This document shows positions 36,663 to 46,604 of a stretch of 64,000 nucleotides of DNA, piece by piece (position 1 is the first letter of the stretch; each line of letters begins with the position of its first letter). Under the pieces are notes generated by a model. The model had not been told where the DNA came from. It searched no databases and saw only the letters and a list, made by a program, of their open reading frames with translations. The DNA is from a virus. Taxonomy: Duplodnaviria > Caudoviricetes. Position numbers and translations under genes: made by a program. Location of the stretch: the IMG/VR virus record IMGVR_UViG_3300037743_000134, positions 1-64,000 of that record; one strand, 5' to 3'.

Positions 36663-38699
36663 ATGGGCAAGTTTTCAATTAAGGCGCTGTTCAGCGGCGA
36701 GGATAAGGGCGTCGGGCGCATCATCTCGAAGATTGAAGGGCGACTCTCGCGGTTCGCGAAGGGCGCCACCGTGGGTTTCGGCTCGAGCATGAAAAAGGTT
36801 CTCGGCGCCGTCGGCGCTGGCGTCGTCGGCGCCGGCATTGCTGTGGCGGGCGCAGCCACTACGGCAGCGATTGCGCTCAAAGACGTGATCGAGACCGGCG
36901 TCGATTTCGAAAAGACCATGATCGGCGCGGCGGCAAAGTTCTCGCCTGCGTTCCGTCAGGGCACAGCAGAGTTTGCCAAGCTCGAAGCGGCCGCAAAGAA
37001 GATCGGCGAAACGACTGAGTTTTCCGCATCGCAAGGCGCGGCCGGTCTCAAGGATCTCGCAAGCGCGGGCTTTACATCGACGCAGGCGATCGCGGCACTG
37101 CCGCGCATCGTCGACCTTGCAACCGCTGCCGAAATCGAGCTCGACGCGGCGAGCAACATCGCAGCGAAGTCACTCGGTGCGTTTGGTTTGATGAGCGACG
37201 ACGCTGCTCAGCTCGGCGCCAACCTGACGCGCATCACCGACGTCATGGCGCGCACCGCAGACGCAACCGCGTCGAGCATGGAGGGCCTATTCGAGACCAT
37301 CCAAGAGGGCGCGCCGGTCGCGAAGGCCGCGGGCGTTTCGCTCGAGACGTTTATGGCGCTCGCTGGTCAGCTCTCGCAAAGCGGCATCGAGGCGAGCGTC
37401 GCCGGTACGACACTCAAGAACGCAATGCTCATTCTCGCTGCGCCTACCGGCACAGCCGCGAAGGCGCTGAAAAAGCTCGGCATCCAGACGAAGGATTCGA
37501 AGGGCAATATGAGGGACATCATCGATGTCCTGGGTGAGCTCCAGACGAAGACGGCCAAGATGGGCACGGGTCAGAAAGCCGGCGTGCTCGAGGAAATCTT
37601 CGGCAAGATTCCGATCGCTGGCGTTACATCGTTGCTCGATGCGGGATCGGAAAAGCTGCGCGGCTTGCGGGGCGAGCTTGAAAAGTCCGGCGGCTCGACC
37701 GCGCGCATGGCGGGCATCATGCGTGATGCGACCGCTGGCGATCTGAAAAACTTCTCGTCCGCCATCGAATCGGTCAAGCTCGCCGTCTTCGACGTCGTGA
37801 AGGGACCGCTCAAAGACGTCGTCAGGAGCGTTACGGAATGGATGCGCGCCAACAAAGAACTGATCGCGGCGAGCATCAAGTCGTTTCTCGATACGATGAT
37901 CGAAGGCGCCACATTCGTCCGCGACAACTGGGGCACCATCGCGCCGATCCTGAAGGGCATTGCGATTGTGATCGGCGTGCTTGTCGCTGGCGCAACGCTG
38001 CTGTTCGCTCCGTTCTACGCCGTAGTCGTGGTGGTCGGGCTGCTAATCGGCAAGCTCGTGGAGTTCGGGGCATGGGTGATTTCGCTAAAGGGTTTCTGGT
38101 CTGCGTTCGGGAGCTTCTTTGTTGGGCTGTGGGAAATGATCAAGGGCGTCTTCGTCGGCGTCGTCGAGTTCCTTGTGGGTCTCGCGACGCTTTGGGTGGG
38201 GACGTACATGTCGCTCTGGTCTCCGTTTGCGCCGTTCTTCTCTGGACTGTGGGAAGGCATCAAGAGCATCTTCTCCGGCGCGTGGGACTTCATCGTCGCG
38301 GCAGCATTCGTTGTGCGCGATGCCTTTATGGCTGTCTGGGCACCGCTTGCGGGATTCTTCTCGGGCTTGTGGCAGGGCATCGTGGACACGTTCAACACGG
38401 TCGTTGGCCCGATTGTCAAAGTGATCGGTGGCGTGATCGACAAGGTCCGCAGCATCGGACGCGGGACACTCGGCACGGAGACCGCGGAGGGCGAGTCGCC
38501 TGCGCCTGGCGCGGTGCCCGGCACGACACCACAGAAACAAGTCATCGCTCCCGGCGAGCGCGTGGCCAAGAGCATCAGCGAGAGCACGACCAGGGGCGAG
38601 GTTACGGTCAAGGCAACGAAGGGCACCGAGGCCAAGGTCAGCAAGCCCATGAGGGGACCCGGCGTCGGCCTGCGGGTCTCGCCCTCGGGCGCGTTCTGA
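36663..38699 (+). CDS. Tape measure protein (TP901-family core)
   Basis: FEK.M....A...F..LE.AA..IG.TT.FSASQ.A.G...LA.AG; Trp-periodic C-terminal repeats. Confidence 0.95.
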   Translation: MGKFSIKALFSGEDKGVGRIISKIEGRLSRFAKGATVGFGSSMKKVLGAVGAGVVGAGIAVAGAATTAAIALKDVIETGVDFEKTMIGAAAKFSPAFRQGTAEFAKLEAAAKKIGETTEFSASQGAAGLKDLASAGFTSTQAIAALPRIVDLATAAEIELDAASNIAAKSLGAFGLMSDDAAQLGANLTRITDVMARTADATASSMEGLFETIQEGAPVAKAAGVSLETFMALAGQLSQSGIEASVAGTTLKNAMLILAAPTGTAAKALKKLGIQTKDSKGNMRDIIDVLGELQTKTAKMGTGQKAGVLEEIFGKIPIAGVTSLLDAGSEKLRGLRGELEKSGGSTARMAGIMRDATAGDLKNFSSAIESVKLAVFDVVKGPLKDVVRSVTEWMRANKELIAASIKSFLDTMIEGATFVRDNWGTIAPILKGIAIVIGVLVAGATLLFAPFYAVVVVVGLLIGKLVEFGAWVISLKGFWSAFGSFFVGLWEMIKGVFVGVVEFLVGLATLWVGTYMSLWSPFAPFFSGLWEGIKSIFSGAWDFIVAAAFVVRDAFMAVWAPLAGFFSGLWQGIVDTFNTVVGPIVKVIGGVIDKVRSIGRGTLGTETAEGESPAPGAVPGTTPQKQVIAPGERVAKSISESTTRGEVTVKATKGTEAKVSKPMRGPGVGLRVSPSGAF

Positions 38700-38700
38700 C

Positions 38701-40026
38701 ATGCCCGACCTTCGCGAAGCCGCCTACACGTCGCCGCACGGGACGCGCATCACCTTTCACTACGAGGACGTCAGCCGCGAGACAACCAAGCGCGGGACGG
38801 CATTCGAATTCCCAGGCGTTGACGATGCGTACGTCCAGCACAAGGGCCACAGCTCGCGGCGCTACCCGCTGCGCTGCATTTTCTGGGGCGAGATCCACGA
38901 CCAGCTTGCGACGTCCTTCGAGGCGATCCTTCTCGAGTCCGGTATCGGTCGGCTCGAGCATCCGCTTTACGGCTCATTCGACGCCGTTCCGTTCGGCGAC
39001 ATCACGCGCCGCGACGACCTGAAAAACGAAGCGAACCAAACGATCGTCGAGGTCACGTTCTGGACCACGATCCCGGCGCTCTATCCGCAAGCCGGGCAGA
39101 ATCCGCAGAGTGAGATCCTCACGGCGCTCGACGACTTCGACATTGCGCAGGCGCAGCGCATCCAGGACGCAACGGATCTAGCGGGCGCGCTGAATCAATC
39201 CAACGCCAAGGCCACGACCAAAGGCATGGTCAAGAGCACGGGCGCAGCGCTGAAAAACAGCGCCCGCGCCGGCACGAGCGTGGGGCGCACGTTTGCCGGT
39301 CTGCAAAACGAAATCACGATCGGTATCGACGTTCTCATCACCGACCCGGCGACACTCGTCGCGAAAGTGACGGAGCTCGTACGCACGCCCGCGCGCGCAT
39401 TCGTGTCAGTGCGGCAGCGGCTCGATGCTTACGCGGCGCTGGCGGCAAGCATATTCGCCTCGCCTGCCGGGCGGCCCGCGGATGCGCTCGTAAGCGGCAC
39501 CGCGCTCGCGACGCGCACGACGCAGATCGGGAATGACTTTCACTTCGCTGACGTGTTCGCGTTGAGCACGCTTGCTGGCAGCGTGACGGTCGCAACGCGC
39601 GAGCCGCTCGACGACGCGGGACGCATCGTGCGCGGTCCAATCTTTCGCACCAAGCCCGAGGCGCTCACGGCAGCCGAGCTCATCCTTGCGCAGTTCGACG
39701 ATGTAGTCGCTTGGCGTGACGGCTGCCTCGAAGCGCTCGAGACGATCCCTGGCGTGCACCGCTATCAGGTCGACACTGGCGAGGCGTATCAGGCGATCCA
39801 GTCCGCCGTAGCGCTGACCGTGGGCCGGCTAATTGAGATCAGTTTCTCTCTCGTGCCAGAGCGCCGCATCGTGCTCGACCGGCCGCGGACCATCATCGAC
39901 CTGTGCGCGGAGCTTTACGGCGAGGTCGACGACAAGCTCGACTTTCTCATTGCGAGCAACCAGTTGACGGGCAGCGAAATCCTCGAGCTCGAGCGCGGCA
40001 AGTCGATCTTGTACTACCCGGACTGA
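38701..40026 (+). CDS. DNA circularisation protein (Mu gpN-like)
   Basis: LREA.Y..P.G....F.YE...R....FEFP..D..Y.Q..G...RRY, G.L.HP.YG. Confidence 0.88.
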   Translation: MPDLREAAYTSPHGTRITFHYEDVSRETTKRGTAFEFPGVDDAYVQHKGHSSRRYPLRCIFWGEIHDQLATSFEAILLESGIGRLEHPLYGSFDAVPFGDITRRDDLKNEANQTIVEVTFWTTIPALYPQAGQNPQSEILTALDDFDIAQAQRIQDATDLAGALNQSNAKATTKGMVKSTGAALKNSARAGTSVGRTFAGLQNEITIGIDVLITDPATLVAKVTELVRTPARAFVSVRQRLDAYAALAASIFASPAGRPADALVSGTALATRTTQIGNDFHFADVFALSTLAGSVTVATREPLDDAGRIVRGPIFRTKPEALTAAELILAQFDDVVAWRDGCLEALETIPGVHRYQVDTGEAYQAIQSAVALTVGRLIEISFSLVPERRIVLDRPRTIIDLCAELYGEVDDKLDFLIASNQLTGSEILELERGKSILYYPD

Positions 40027-40277
40027 GCGCTACGGATCTGATCGTCGTGACGCAATAGAGAACCAAAAAGCGCATTCAATGTCTCTTGAGCTTTGCTCAA
40101 TTCGGACAATGCATCCTCGTTGGTGCCGGCAAGGATATGTGCTCGGACGGCGTCGAGCTGGGTCCGTGCAGTGACTGTTATCCATTGCTGCAGTAATCGT
40201 TCGCGAGCAAGGCGTTCCGGATCGTCGCGCCAGGTTTTGTAGGCATCAACCATTATTTTCGTGCTCGTGTCTGACAT
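40014..40277 (-). CDS. Small antisense moron protein of unknown function
   Basis: 87-aa helical ORF filling the gap between gpN and gpP; more AT-rich; TGGTATATT 7 nt upstream of the ATG. Confidence 0.6.
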   Translation of the reverse strand: MSDTSTKIMVDAYKTWRDDPERLARERLLQQWITVTARTQLDAVRAHILAGTNEDALSELSKAQETLNALFGSLLRHDDQIRSAQSG

Positions 40278-40303
40278 GACGCGAAATATACCACAGAGCG
40301 ACG

Positions 40304-41377
40304 ATGGCCGAGCAACGCGCCGAGCAAGTCTCGCTGCTCATCGACGGGCAACTGTATTCCAAGTGGACCGAGATCGAGATCAAGCGAGCGATCGATAGCT
40401 TTTCGACCGTCACGTTTTCGGCTCCATTCGAGCCCGACCGGTCCGACTTTCGCGACACGTTCCGGCCGTTCACATTCAAGCCGATCGAAGTCCGCATCAG
40501 CTCGATAGGCGTAGAGGGCCAAGACTTCACGCTGTTTCGCGGGACCATGATGGGCGTGCACCCGCGTGTGGACCCGGGCTCGAGCGTTGTCGAGGTAACT
40601 GCCTACGCGCTTCCGGGCGTGTTGGAAGACTGCACCATGCCGGGCGCGTCGGTGCCGTTCGAATTCCAGAAGCTCGGGCTACGCGAGATAGCGCGCGCGT
40701 GCTGCCTTCCGTTTGGCATCGTCGTTTCGTTCGCCGATGACGAGGGCTCACCGTTCGACAAAGCGAAGCTCGAAGAAGACCAAAAGGTACTGGCTTTCCT
40801 GACGGACCTCGCGAAACAACGAGGCATCGTTATCACGAATACGACCGAGGGAGAGCTCCTGTTCTGGCGCAGCGTGGCGCCTGGTAATCCAGTGGCGCAG
40901 CTCGTCGAGGGCGTGCCGCCGCTCACCGCCGTGACGTCAAGCTACGAGCCGCAAGAATACTTCTCCGAGATCACGGGGTTCGCGTCCGCCAAGCGCGGGC
41001 GCGCGGGCAGCAAATACACGGTGCCCAATCCGCACGTGGCCGGCGTGTTCCGGCCAACGTCTTTCAAGCTCGAAGATACGGACATAGGCGACGTGCCCGC
41101 AGCGGTGCGCGCAAAACTCGGACGCATGTTTGCCGGCATGTGTGCCTATTCAATCGATGGCCTGCCGACATGGCGCACGCCAGCGGACGATTTGTTCGGG
41201 CCAAATACGACGCTGCTGCTGACTGCGCCCTCGGCCATGGTGTACGCGGAAAGCGAATTCCTGATCCGCGCGGTCACGTATCGGCAGACCGCCGAAAGCG
41301 AGTCGTGCTCGCTGGAGCTTTGCTTGCCGGGTGCGTTCGACGGAAACATCCCCGAGGTTTTGCCGTGGGTCGGGTAG
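40304..41377 (+). CDS. Baseplate hub / tail protein (Mu gpP-like)
   Basis: VSLLIDG..Y..WTEI.I..., LEDCT, F..L....KQRG...T....G.L. Confidence 0.88.
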   Translation: MAEQRAEQVSLLIDGQLYSKWTEIEIKRAIDSFSTVTFSAPFEPDRSDFRDTFRPFTFKPIEVRISSIGVEGQDFTLFRGTMMGVHPRVDPGSSVVEVTAYALPGVLEDCTMPGASVPFEFQKLGLREIARACCLPFGIVVSFADDEGSPFDKAKLEEDQKVLAFLTDLAKQRGIVITNTTEGELLFWRSVAPGNPVAQLVEGVPPLTAVTSSYEPQEYFSEITGFASAKRGRAGSKYTVPNPHVAGVFRPTSFKLEDTDIGDVPAAVRAKLGRMFAGMCAYSIDGLPTWRTPADDLFGPNTTLLLTAPSAMVYAESEFLIRAVTYRQTAESESCSLELCLPGAFDGNIPEVLPWVG

Positions 41378-41925
41378 CCAAGGTCATCAGCACCGAGCGC
41401 GACGCCGACGGCGCGTTGAATGTCCGTGTCGATCCGGGCGGCGGGGCGGGCACATCGGTGCCGCACTTCGGCGACGTCGGCGACGACAGCGTCCCGCTTC
41501 CTGGCGACTACGCCGCGATCGAAGACTCGGCGGGCGCAGGCGCCGAGCAAGTCACTGGCTACCACGATCCGAGAAACGCTGGCGTCGGCCTGCCTGGCGA
41601 GGTCAAGAAGAACGCCCGCAACGATGACGGCGAAATCGTCGGCTACGTCTGGTTGCAGAAGACCGGCGACATAGAAATCCGCGCCCTGAACGGTGCACGG
41701 ATCAGGTTCGTTACGGACGGCCCCGTCGAGCTCGTCAGCCCCAACGTGCTCATCAGCGACGCCGCGGGCGCAGGTCTCGCGCGCGTGGGGGATCTGATCG
41801 CCGGGACGGTGCACGCGCTCAGCGCCTCACCGGGTGCACCGATCGTCCCCGGTCCACCGGTACCCGGCGGCGGCGTCCCATTCGTCGGGCAAATCATCAG
41901 CGGCTCGACGAAGGCCAAGGCGTGA
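41365..41925 (+). CDS. Baseplate spike (Mu gp45/gpV-like) with PAAR-like C-terminus
   Basis: Position after the hub; G...S.P.PGD N-terminal OB-like region; C-terminal LARVGD...GQIISGS. Confidence 0.7.
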   Translation: MGRVAKVISTERDADGALNVRVDPGGGAGTSVPHFGDVGDDSVPLPGDYAAIEDSAGAGAEQVTGYHDPRNAGVGLPGEVKKNARNDDGEIVGYVWLQKTGDIEIRALNGARIRFVTDGPVELVSPNVLISDAAGAGLARVGDLIAGTVHALSASPGAPIVPGPPVPGGGVPFVGQIISGSTKAKA

Positions 41926-41926
41926 A

Positions 41927-42982
41927 GTGGCTCTGTCGTTCGTCGGCTCCGTCCCCGTGGGCGTCGCCAATGTCGGCCTGACCGCCTCGGTCGCAGGCCT
42001 GACCGCCGAGCTCACGAAACTACAAGCCGAGGTCACCGCGCTCACTCCGGCTGTCGCTGGACAGGTGCAGGTCACCGCAAACTTTCCTCCGAACCCGGCC
42101 CTATTCGCGACGGCTCGGCTCGGCTGGCTCGACCCGCTCACAATGGCGGCCGCGTTCGGGCAAATGGTCACGGCGGGCGCTGGCGCAAACGTGGACATCG
42201 CGGCCAAGCTCGGCACCGTGACCGCGCAGGTCGAGCTCGTAGCGGCCCTCGTGGCACCCATCGAACTCGGTCTCGCGGCGCCCGGCATTGTGGGGTGGAG
42301 CTACGCTGGGCGCGCGTCGCGATTCGGTCTCGAGCTCGAGCGATTCGCATCGCCAGGCTTTGGGCGGTTTGCGGCAACAACCCAAGTCCGCGGCGTCATC
42401 ATCGCGACCGAGGACTTCGCATCGTGGCAGGCGTTCGCCGAGGGCTTCGAGACCGGGACATCCGCCATCGCCGAGGCAGTGGCCGACGTGCTCTCGTTTC
42501 TCGGCGCCAAGGGCGGCGGGCAGTGGAACCTCGGAACAGCGAGTCTGTTTGCCAGGATCAGACTGTTGCTCTCGGAGCTCCAGGCTTTGCAAGCGACGCT
42601 CGAGGCCAACATACAGGTCACGCTCGGGCTGAATCTCCCGGACGTACCGGCACTCTTCGACCTCGGGATCGCCGTGGACTTCGATGTAGCGCTCGATAAT
42701 CTCGTCAACGTCCAGGTGGATTTGACCGCGGCGCTCGGGGATCTGCAGATCAAGATCGACGCGCTGCTCGCGCTGATAGCCGACATCGATGCGCAGCTCG
42801 CATTCGGCGGGCTCGCGGTCTGGACGTACGAGGGAGCGGCCGGAGACATCGGCAGCGAGTTACGCAGCGCAATCGCCAGCGGCGTGCCGGGTGGCAGCGG
42901 CGCGAATGCGACGGCGTACGGTGTGGCGCTCGCGGGAACGCCGGGTGCGCTGGAGACTTTTGGAAATGTGTTGCTGACATGA
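41927..42982 (+). CDS. Hypothetical helical protein with internal two-fold repeat
   Basis: LSFVG...N.G....EL..LQA...QVT...P..PALF recurs as LSFLG...NLG...ELQALQA...QVT...PDVPALF. Confidence 0.6.
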   Translation: MALSFVGSVPVGVANVGLTASVAGLTAELTKLQAEVTALTPAVAGQVQVTANFPPNPALFATARLGWLDPLTMAAAFGQMVTAGAGANVDIAAKLGTVTAQVELVAALVAPIELGLAAPGIVGWSYAGRASRFGLELERFASPGFGRFAATTQVRGVIIATEDFASWQAFAEGFETGTSAIAEAVADVLSFLGAKGGGQWNLGTASLFARIRLLLSELQALQATLEANIQVTLGLNLPDVPALFDLGIAVDFDVALDNLVNVQVDLTAALGDLQIKIDALLALIADIDAQLAFGGLAVWTYEGAAGDIGSELRSAIASGVPGGSGANATAYGVALAGTPGALETFGNVLLT

Positions 42983-43185
42983 CCGTTGCAGAACTCATCG
43001 AAGCCTTGCGCGCTTTGCCACAGGAAGCGCGGGTCATGTTGAGCTACGACAGCGAAGGGCAAGTGGTTCCCATGCAGACCGCTTGCATCCAGACGAAGAC
43101 AGCAAGCGTGCTGGCTGAATGGTATCGCGCAGAGCTCGGTTTCAACGAGGGCGACACGATTGTGATCCTCGAGATGGAGGGATGA
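42979..43185 (+). CDS. Small hypothetical protein (MTVAELIEALRALP...)
   Basis: ATGA coupling; common small phage ORF type. Confidence 0.55.
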   Translation: MTVAELIEALRALPQEARVMLSYDSEGQVVPMQTACIQTKTASVLAEWYRAELGFNEGDTIVILEMEG

Positions 43186-43186
43186 C

Positions 43187-43630
43187 GTGACCGACATCCG
43201 GATCTTCCAGGCCGACGACGGAGGCGACATCGAATGGATCGCCGGCCAGGCCGTCATGGACGACGGGCTGGAGTCGTCGGTCTACCTGTCGCTTTTTGGC
43301 GGCAACTCGGACGACAGTGGGCTCGAGGCGGACGACGCCAAGCAATTTTGGGGGAACCTGATCGAGCCCGACCCCGAACGTCACTACCGCAGCGCGACGC
43401 AGTTCCTACTCGACACGTTGCCGCTCGTGCCGGCGAACCTGATCCGGTTTCGCGACGCGGTGAACCGTGATCTGGCGTGGATGACGAGCACGGGACTCGC
43501 GCAATCGATCGCCGTGACCGTGACGATTCCGGCGCTCAACACCGTGGGCATCGCGATTGATTTCGTCATCGACGACGCTGAGTTTCACTACGTTTTCACC
43601 GCCGCGGCGCGCGCGCGATTGCAACAGTAA
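43187..43630 (+). CDS. Baseplate wedge protein (Mu gp46-like)
   Basis: DDGLES.VYLSLFGG...FWGN...DLAWM. Confidence 0.85.
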   Translation: MTDIRIFQADDGGDIEWIAGQAVMDDGLESSVYLSLFGGNSDDSGLEADDAKQFWGNLIEPDPERHYRSATQFLLDTLPLVPANLIRFRDAVNRDLAWMTSTGLAQSIAVTVTIPALNTVGIAIDFVIDDAEFHYVFTAAARARLQQ

Positions 43631-44805
43631 TGGCCCTCGACTCGCCTACCACGTCAGAGATATCTGACCAGATCATTGCGGGTCTGCAGGCGTCGATCGG
43701 TCAGACGATCCCGATCCTGCCAAAGTCTTTCGCGCGCGTGCTCGCGAAGGTGCTCGCGGCTGTCTTCATCCTGCTCTACAAATACGCCGGCTTCATATTT
43801 TTGCAGCTGTTCGTGGCGCACGCTTCGATGCGCGAGACCACGATCAACGGAACCCAGGTCAAGCCGCTTGTCGTCTGGGGCCAGCTTATCGGCGTCGGCG
43901 ATCCAACGGTCGCCACACAAGCCGAGCTCGTCATTGATGTCACAGTAACCAACCAAACCGGATCGCTCGCCGCCGGCTCTCTGCTCATCCGCTCGGCGAC
44001 CGGCATCGTCTACACGACGATCGCAGCGGTACTACTCGACGCGCCTACCGTGCAGGCCACGATGCGCGCGGTCTCCGATCAGGACGGCGGTGATGGCTCG
44101 GGCGTTATCGGCAACCTCGAGGCGGACGACGTCGTATCGTTTGCCAATCCACCGCCCAACGTCGCGACGGACGCGGTCGTAGTTTCGCAGGCTGTCACCG
44201 GGGCAGACGGTGAGCTCGAGGCGGACTACCGCGCGCGCATCCTGCAACGATTCCAAGCCAAGCCGCAGGGCGGCGCGTATGCCGACTACCGCGAGTGGGG
44301 CGAGGAAGTCGCAGGCGTCCTGAATATCTACCCGTACACGGGGCAGCTGCCGGGCGAGGTCGATGTGTACGTCGAGTCAACCGTGGCGATCGACCCGGAT
44401 GGCATCCCGACGCAACCGATCCTCGACGACGTGTTCGACGCCATCGAGCTTGACGACGCTGGGCTCGCCTCACGGCGTCCCGCAAACGCAGCTGTGAACG
44501 TCTACCCGATCACGCGCGCGGAATTTGACCTCACGATATCGGGGCTCGACCCGGAAACGGCAGAGCTGCAAACCGACATCGAGACGGCGGCCGACGAATA
44601 CTTGCGCTCGCGCGAGCCATTCATCGTTGGCTTGTCCGTTCTGCCGCGCAAGGATCGGATCATCACGGCCGAGCTCGGTGGCATTGTCGCCGGCATTGTG
44701 CACGCGGCCGGCGCTACGGTGACGACGGTCACGCTGACACCCGGGCCGGCTCACACGCTGTCGCCCGGCGAAAAAGCGAAGCTTGGAACGACGACGTACA
44801 TCTGA
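43630..44805 (+). CDS. Baseplate J-like protein (Mu gp47)
   Basis: GADGE...YRARIL.RF...PQGGA.ADY..W...V.GV. Confidence 0.92.
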   Translation: MALDSPTTSEISDQIIAGLQASIGQTIPILPKSFARVLAKVLAAVFILLYKYAGFIFLQLFVAHASMRETTINGTQVKPLVVWGQLIGVGDPTVATQAELVIDVTVTNQTGSLAAGSLLIRSATGIVYTTIAAVLLDAPTVQATMRAVSDQDGGDGSGVIGNLEADDVVSFANPPPNVATDAVVVSQAVTGADGELEADYRARILQRFQAKPQGGAYADYREWGEEVAGVLNIYPYTGQLPGEVDVYVESTVAIDPDGIPTQPILDDVFDAIELDDAGLASRRPANAAVNVYPITRAEFDLTISGLDPETAELQTDIETAADEYLRSREPFIVGLSVLPRKDRIITAELGGIVAGIVHAAGATVTTVTLTPGPAHTLSPGEKAKLGTTTYI

Positions 44806-44813
44806 GAAATGAT

Positions 44814-45716
44814 ATGGCTCTCGACCTAACAGTCACCTATTTCGGACAAGTCACGAGCGGTGACGCTGGCTATCCATTTGGGAAAGCCAAAAACGTTGTC
44901 GTGCCTGGGGACGGCGGCGGGACGCCATGGGAGCAGCAACTCGTCAACGACTGGTTTGGATTCTTCCAGGGCTTGCTCGACGGAGCCAGCATCACGCCGA
45001 GCGGCATCCCCGACACGGTCCTCGCATCAGACTACCTCGACGCCCTCGACGCACGCATCGACGCGCATGTCTTCGATGGGCTTGTCGTCACCAGCGGCGC
45101 GACGATCACTGGCGGTGCCACCATAGTGGGCGACGTCACGCTCAATAATAGCCTACTCATCGGCGGCAACATAACACTCTTGGGCGCACTGGTCGTGACG
45201 GGCAACGTGACGCTCGGCAACGCAGACACCGATGTGTTGACCGTCGAGGCAGGGTCGCAGTTCAACGCGAGCGCGACATTCGCGGATGACATCTTGGTGC
45301 CGAGCACCCTAGCCATGTCGGGCGTCATGACCGTCACGGCCGGAGCGGTTGTGCTCGTCGATCCAGGGGTCACATGGACACAGGGATCGCGAATCGCCCT
45401 AAGCGGTGTCGGCCACATCCGAGAACGGCTGATCGATGGCGCGGACGCCGATTCGGCGTACGGCATCGAGGATGCCGACATCATCGTGTTCAGCAGTGGC
45501 ACGCCACGCACGTACACGCTGAATGCAACAAGCGCGAGTAGCGGCGACAAGATTACGATCATTCACAAAAGTTCTGCGACGCTGACTGTGGCTGGTCTCG
45601 CAGCCGGCGGAACTCAAGCCATGCGCAACCAGAGTTCAGGCGACGTGCGCGTGATGACGTTTCATTACCAGACGGGAACCGGCTGGCTCAAATCCTTGCA
45701 GAGCTTCGTTCCGTAA
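44814..45716 (+). CDS. Tail fibre protein (Mu gp49-like N-terminus)
   Basis: YPFGKAKN...GTPW....ND.FGFFQ.LL..A.ITPSG.PDT...SDYLDAL, then beta-rich repeats. Confidence 0.75.
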   Translation: MALDLTVTYFGQVTSGDAGYPFGKAKNVVVPGDGGGTPWEQQLVNDWFGFFQGLLDGASITPSGIPDTVLASDYLDALDARIDAHVFDGLVVTSGATITGGATIVGDVTLNNSLLIGGNITLLGALVVTGNVTLGNADTDVLTVEAGSQFNASATFADDILVPSTLAMSGVMTVTAGAVVLVDPGVTWTQGSRIALSGVGHIRERLIDGADADSAYGIEDADIIVFSSGTPRTYTLNATSASSGDKITIIHKSSATLTVAGLAAGGTQAMRNQSSGDVRVMTFHYQTGTGWLKSLQSFVP

Positions 45717-45717
45717 C

Positions 45718-46131
45718 TCAAATTGGTGGCACTATACATGTGCCTTCGCACACGCCCGGATCGACGCAGCGTGTGCCGTTCTGCCAGTCGGCGTCATTGA
45801 ATGGGGCGTCGTATTCGTCGACATGATGACAGACGCCGCGGCAATTGAATCCATCCACGCAGCCGCCGCCGTCGGTTCTGTATAGATCCTCAGCATCGCC
45901 AAGCGCATCTGCTGCGGCGCCAGCGTCCGCACCGGTCGCGTCCGCCTGCGGCGCATCCAAAGCGACGCCCTGATCGGTGAGACCGGCATCAACCGATGCG
46001 CCAGTGTCGCCACTAGGCGCATCGGCTGAACCGTCGATGCCGCCACTATCTTCGTGGTCCGACGCCTGCAGCGTGACGTGACTCGTGCATGCCGCGAGCA
46101 ACGCGAATCCCAGTAGCGCAGCCCGTCTCAT
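45718..46131 (-). CDS. Antisense moron: lipoprotein with DAG-rich linker and Cys-rich C-terminal domain
   Basis: MRRAALLGFALLAAC signal with LAAC lipobox; six Cys in the C-terminal region. Confidence 0.7.
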   Translation of the reverse strand: MRRAALLGFALLAACTSHVTLQASDHEDSGGIDGSADAPSGDTGASVDAGLTDQGVALDAPQADATGADAGAAADALGDAEDLYRTDGGGCVDGFNCRGVCHHVDEYDAPFNDADWQNGTRCVDPGVCEGTCIVPPI

Positions 46132-46604
46132 TCGGCCAACTCCCAGCCGCCGCATCGCTTCGTCGAAAACGCCTTGTCGGTTTTCTTGATCGTGACGATC
46201 GCTGGGCCGCTCTCGATTTCGTTTGCGACGACGTCGCTCAATTCACCGGAGAGTCCGCGCAGCCGCGACCAGTAGCAGCCCGACTGAGCATCAACGTTGC
46301 CGCGGTACGTTCCAGGCACGATGTCCTTGCCGACCAGAAACGTCCCGTCGCCTGGCATCTTGTTTGCGGGACCGACAGGCTCGGGCGGCGCGACCGGTTC
46401 AGGTTCCGGAGCGGGCTCAGGCGTAGGCGCCTGCGCCAGAATTTGCGCGGCCGGCTCCGCGTGTACGACGGTACTCTTCTGCGGACCGATGGCGGCACCG
46501 ATTGCAGCGAGACCGCCGCACATCAAGAGCGTCGCTACGACGCCTCCGCCAAGTATCCAGGGCCAGCGTGGCTTTGATTTTGCTGTTACGATTGTTGGGC
46601 TCAT
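46128..46604 (-). CDS. Antisense moron: single-TM protein with PE linker and GDGTFLVGKDI.PGTY extracytoplasmic domain
   Basis: GGAAGG RBS; TM WPWILGGGVVATLLMCGGLAAIG; CYW.RL...CG.W domain. Confidence 0.75.
   Translation of the reverse strand: MSPTIVTAKSKPRWPWILGGGVVATLLMCGGLAAIGAAIGPQKSTVVHAEPAAQILAQAPTPEPAPEPEPVAPPEPVGPANKMPGDGTFLVGKDIVPGTYRGNVDAQSGCYWSRLRGLSGELSDVVANEIESGPAIVTIKKTDKAFSTKRCGGWELAE

Noticed and set aside
37838-39022. 394-aa plus-strand ORF overlapping the tape measure and gpN genes
   Set aside because: Alternate-frame, Arg-rich artefact overlapping two confident genes
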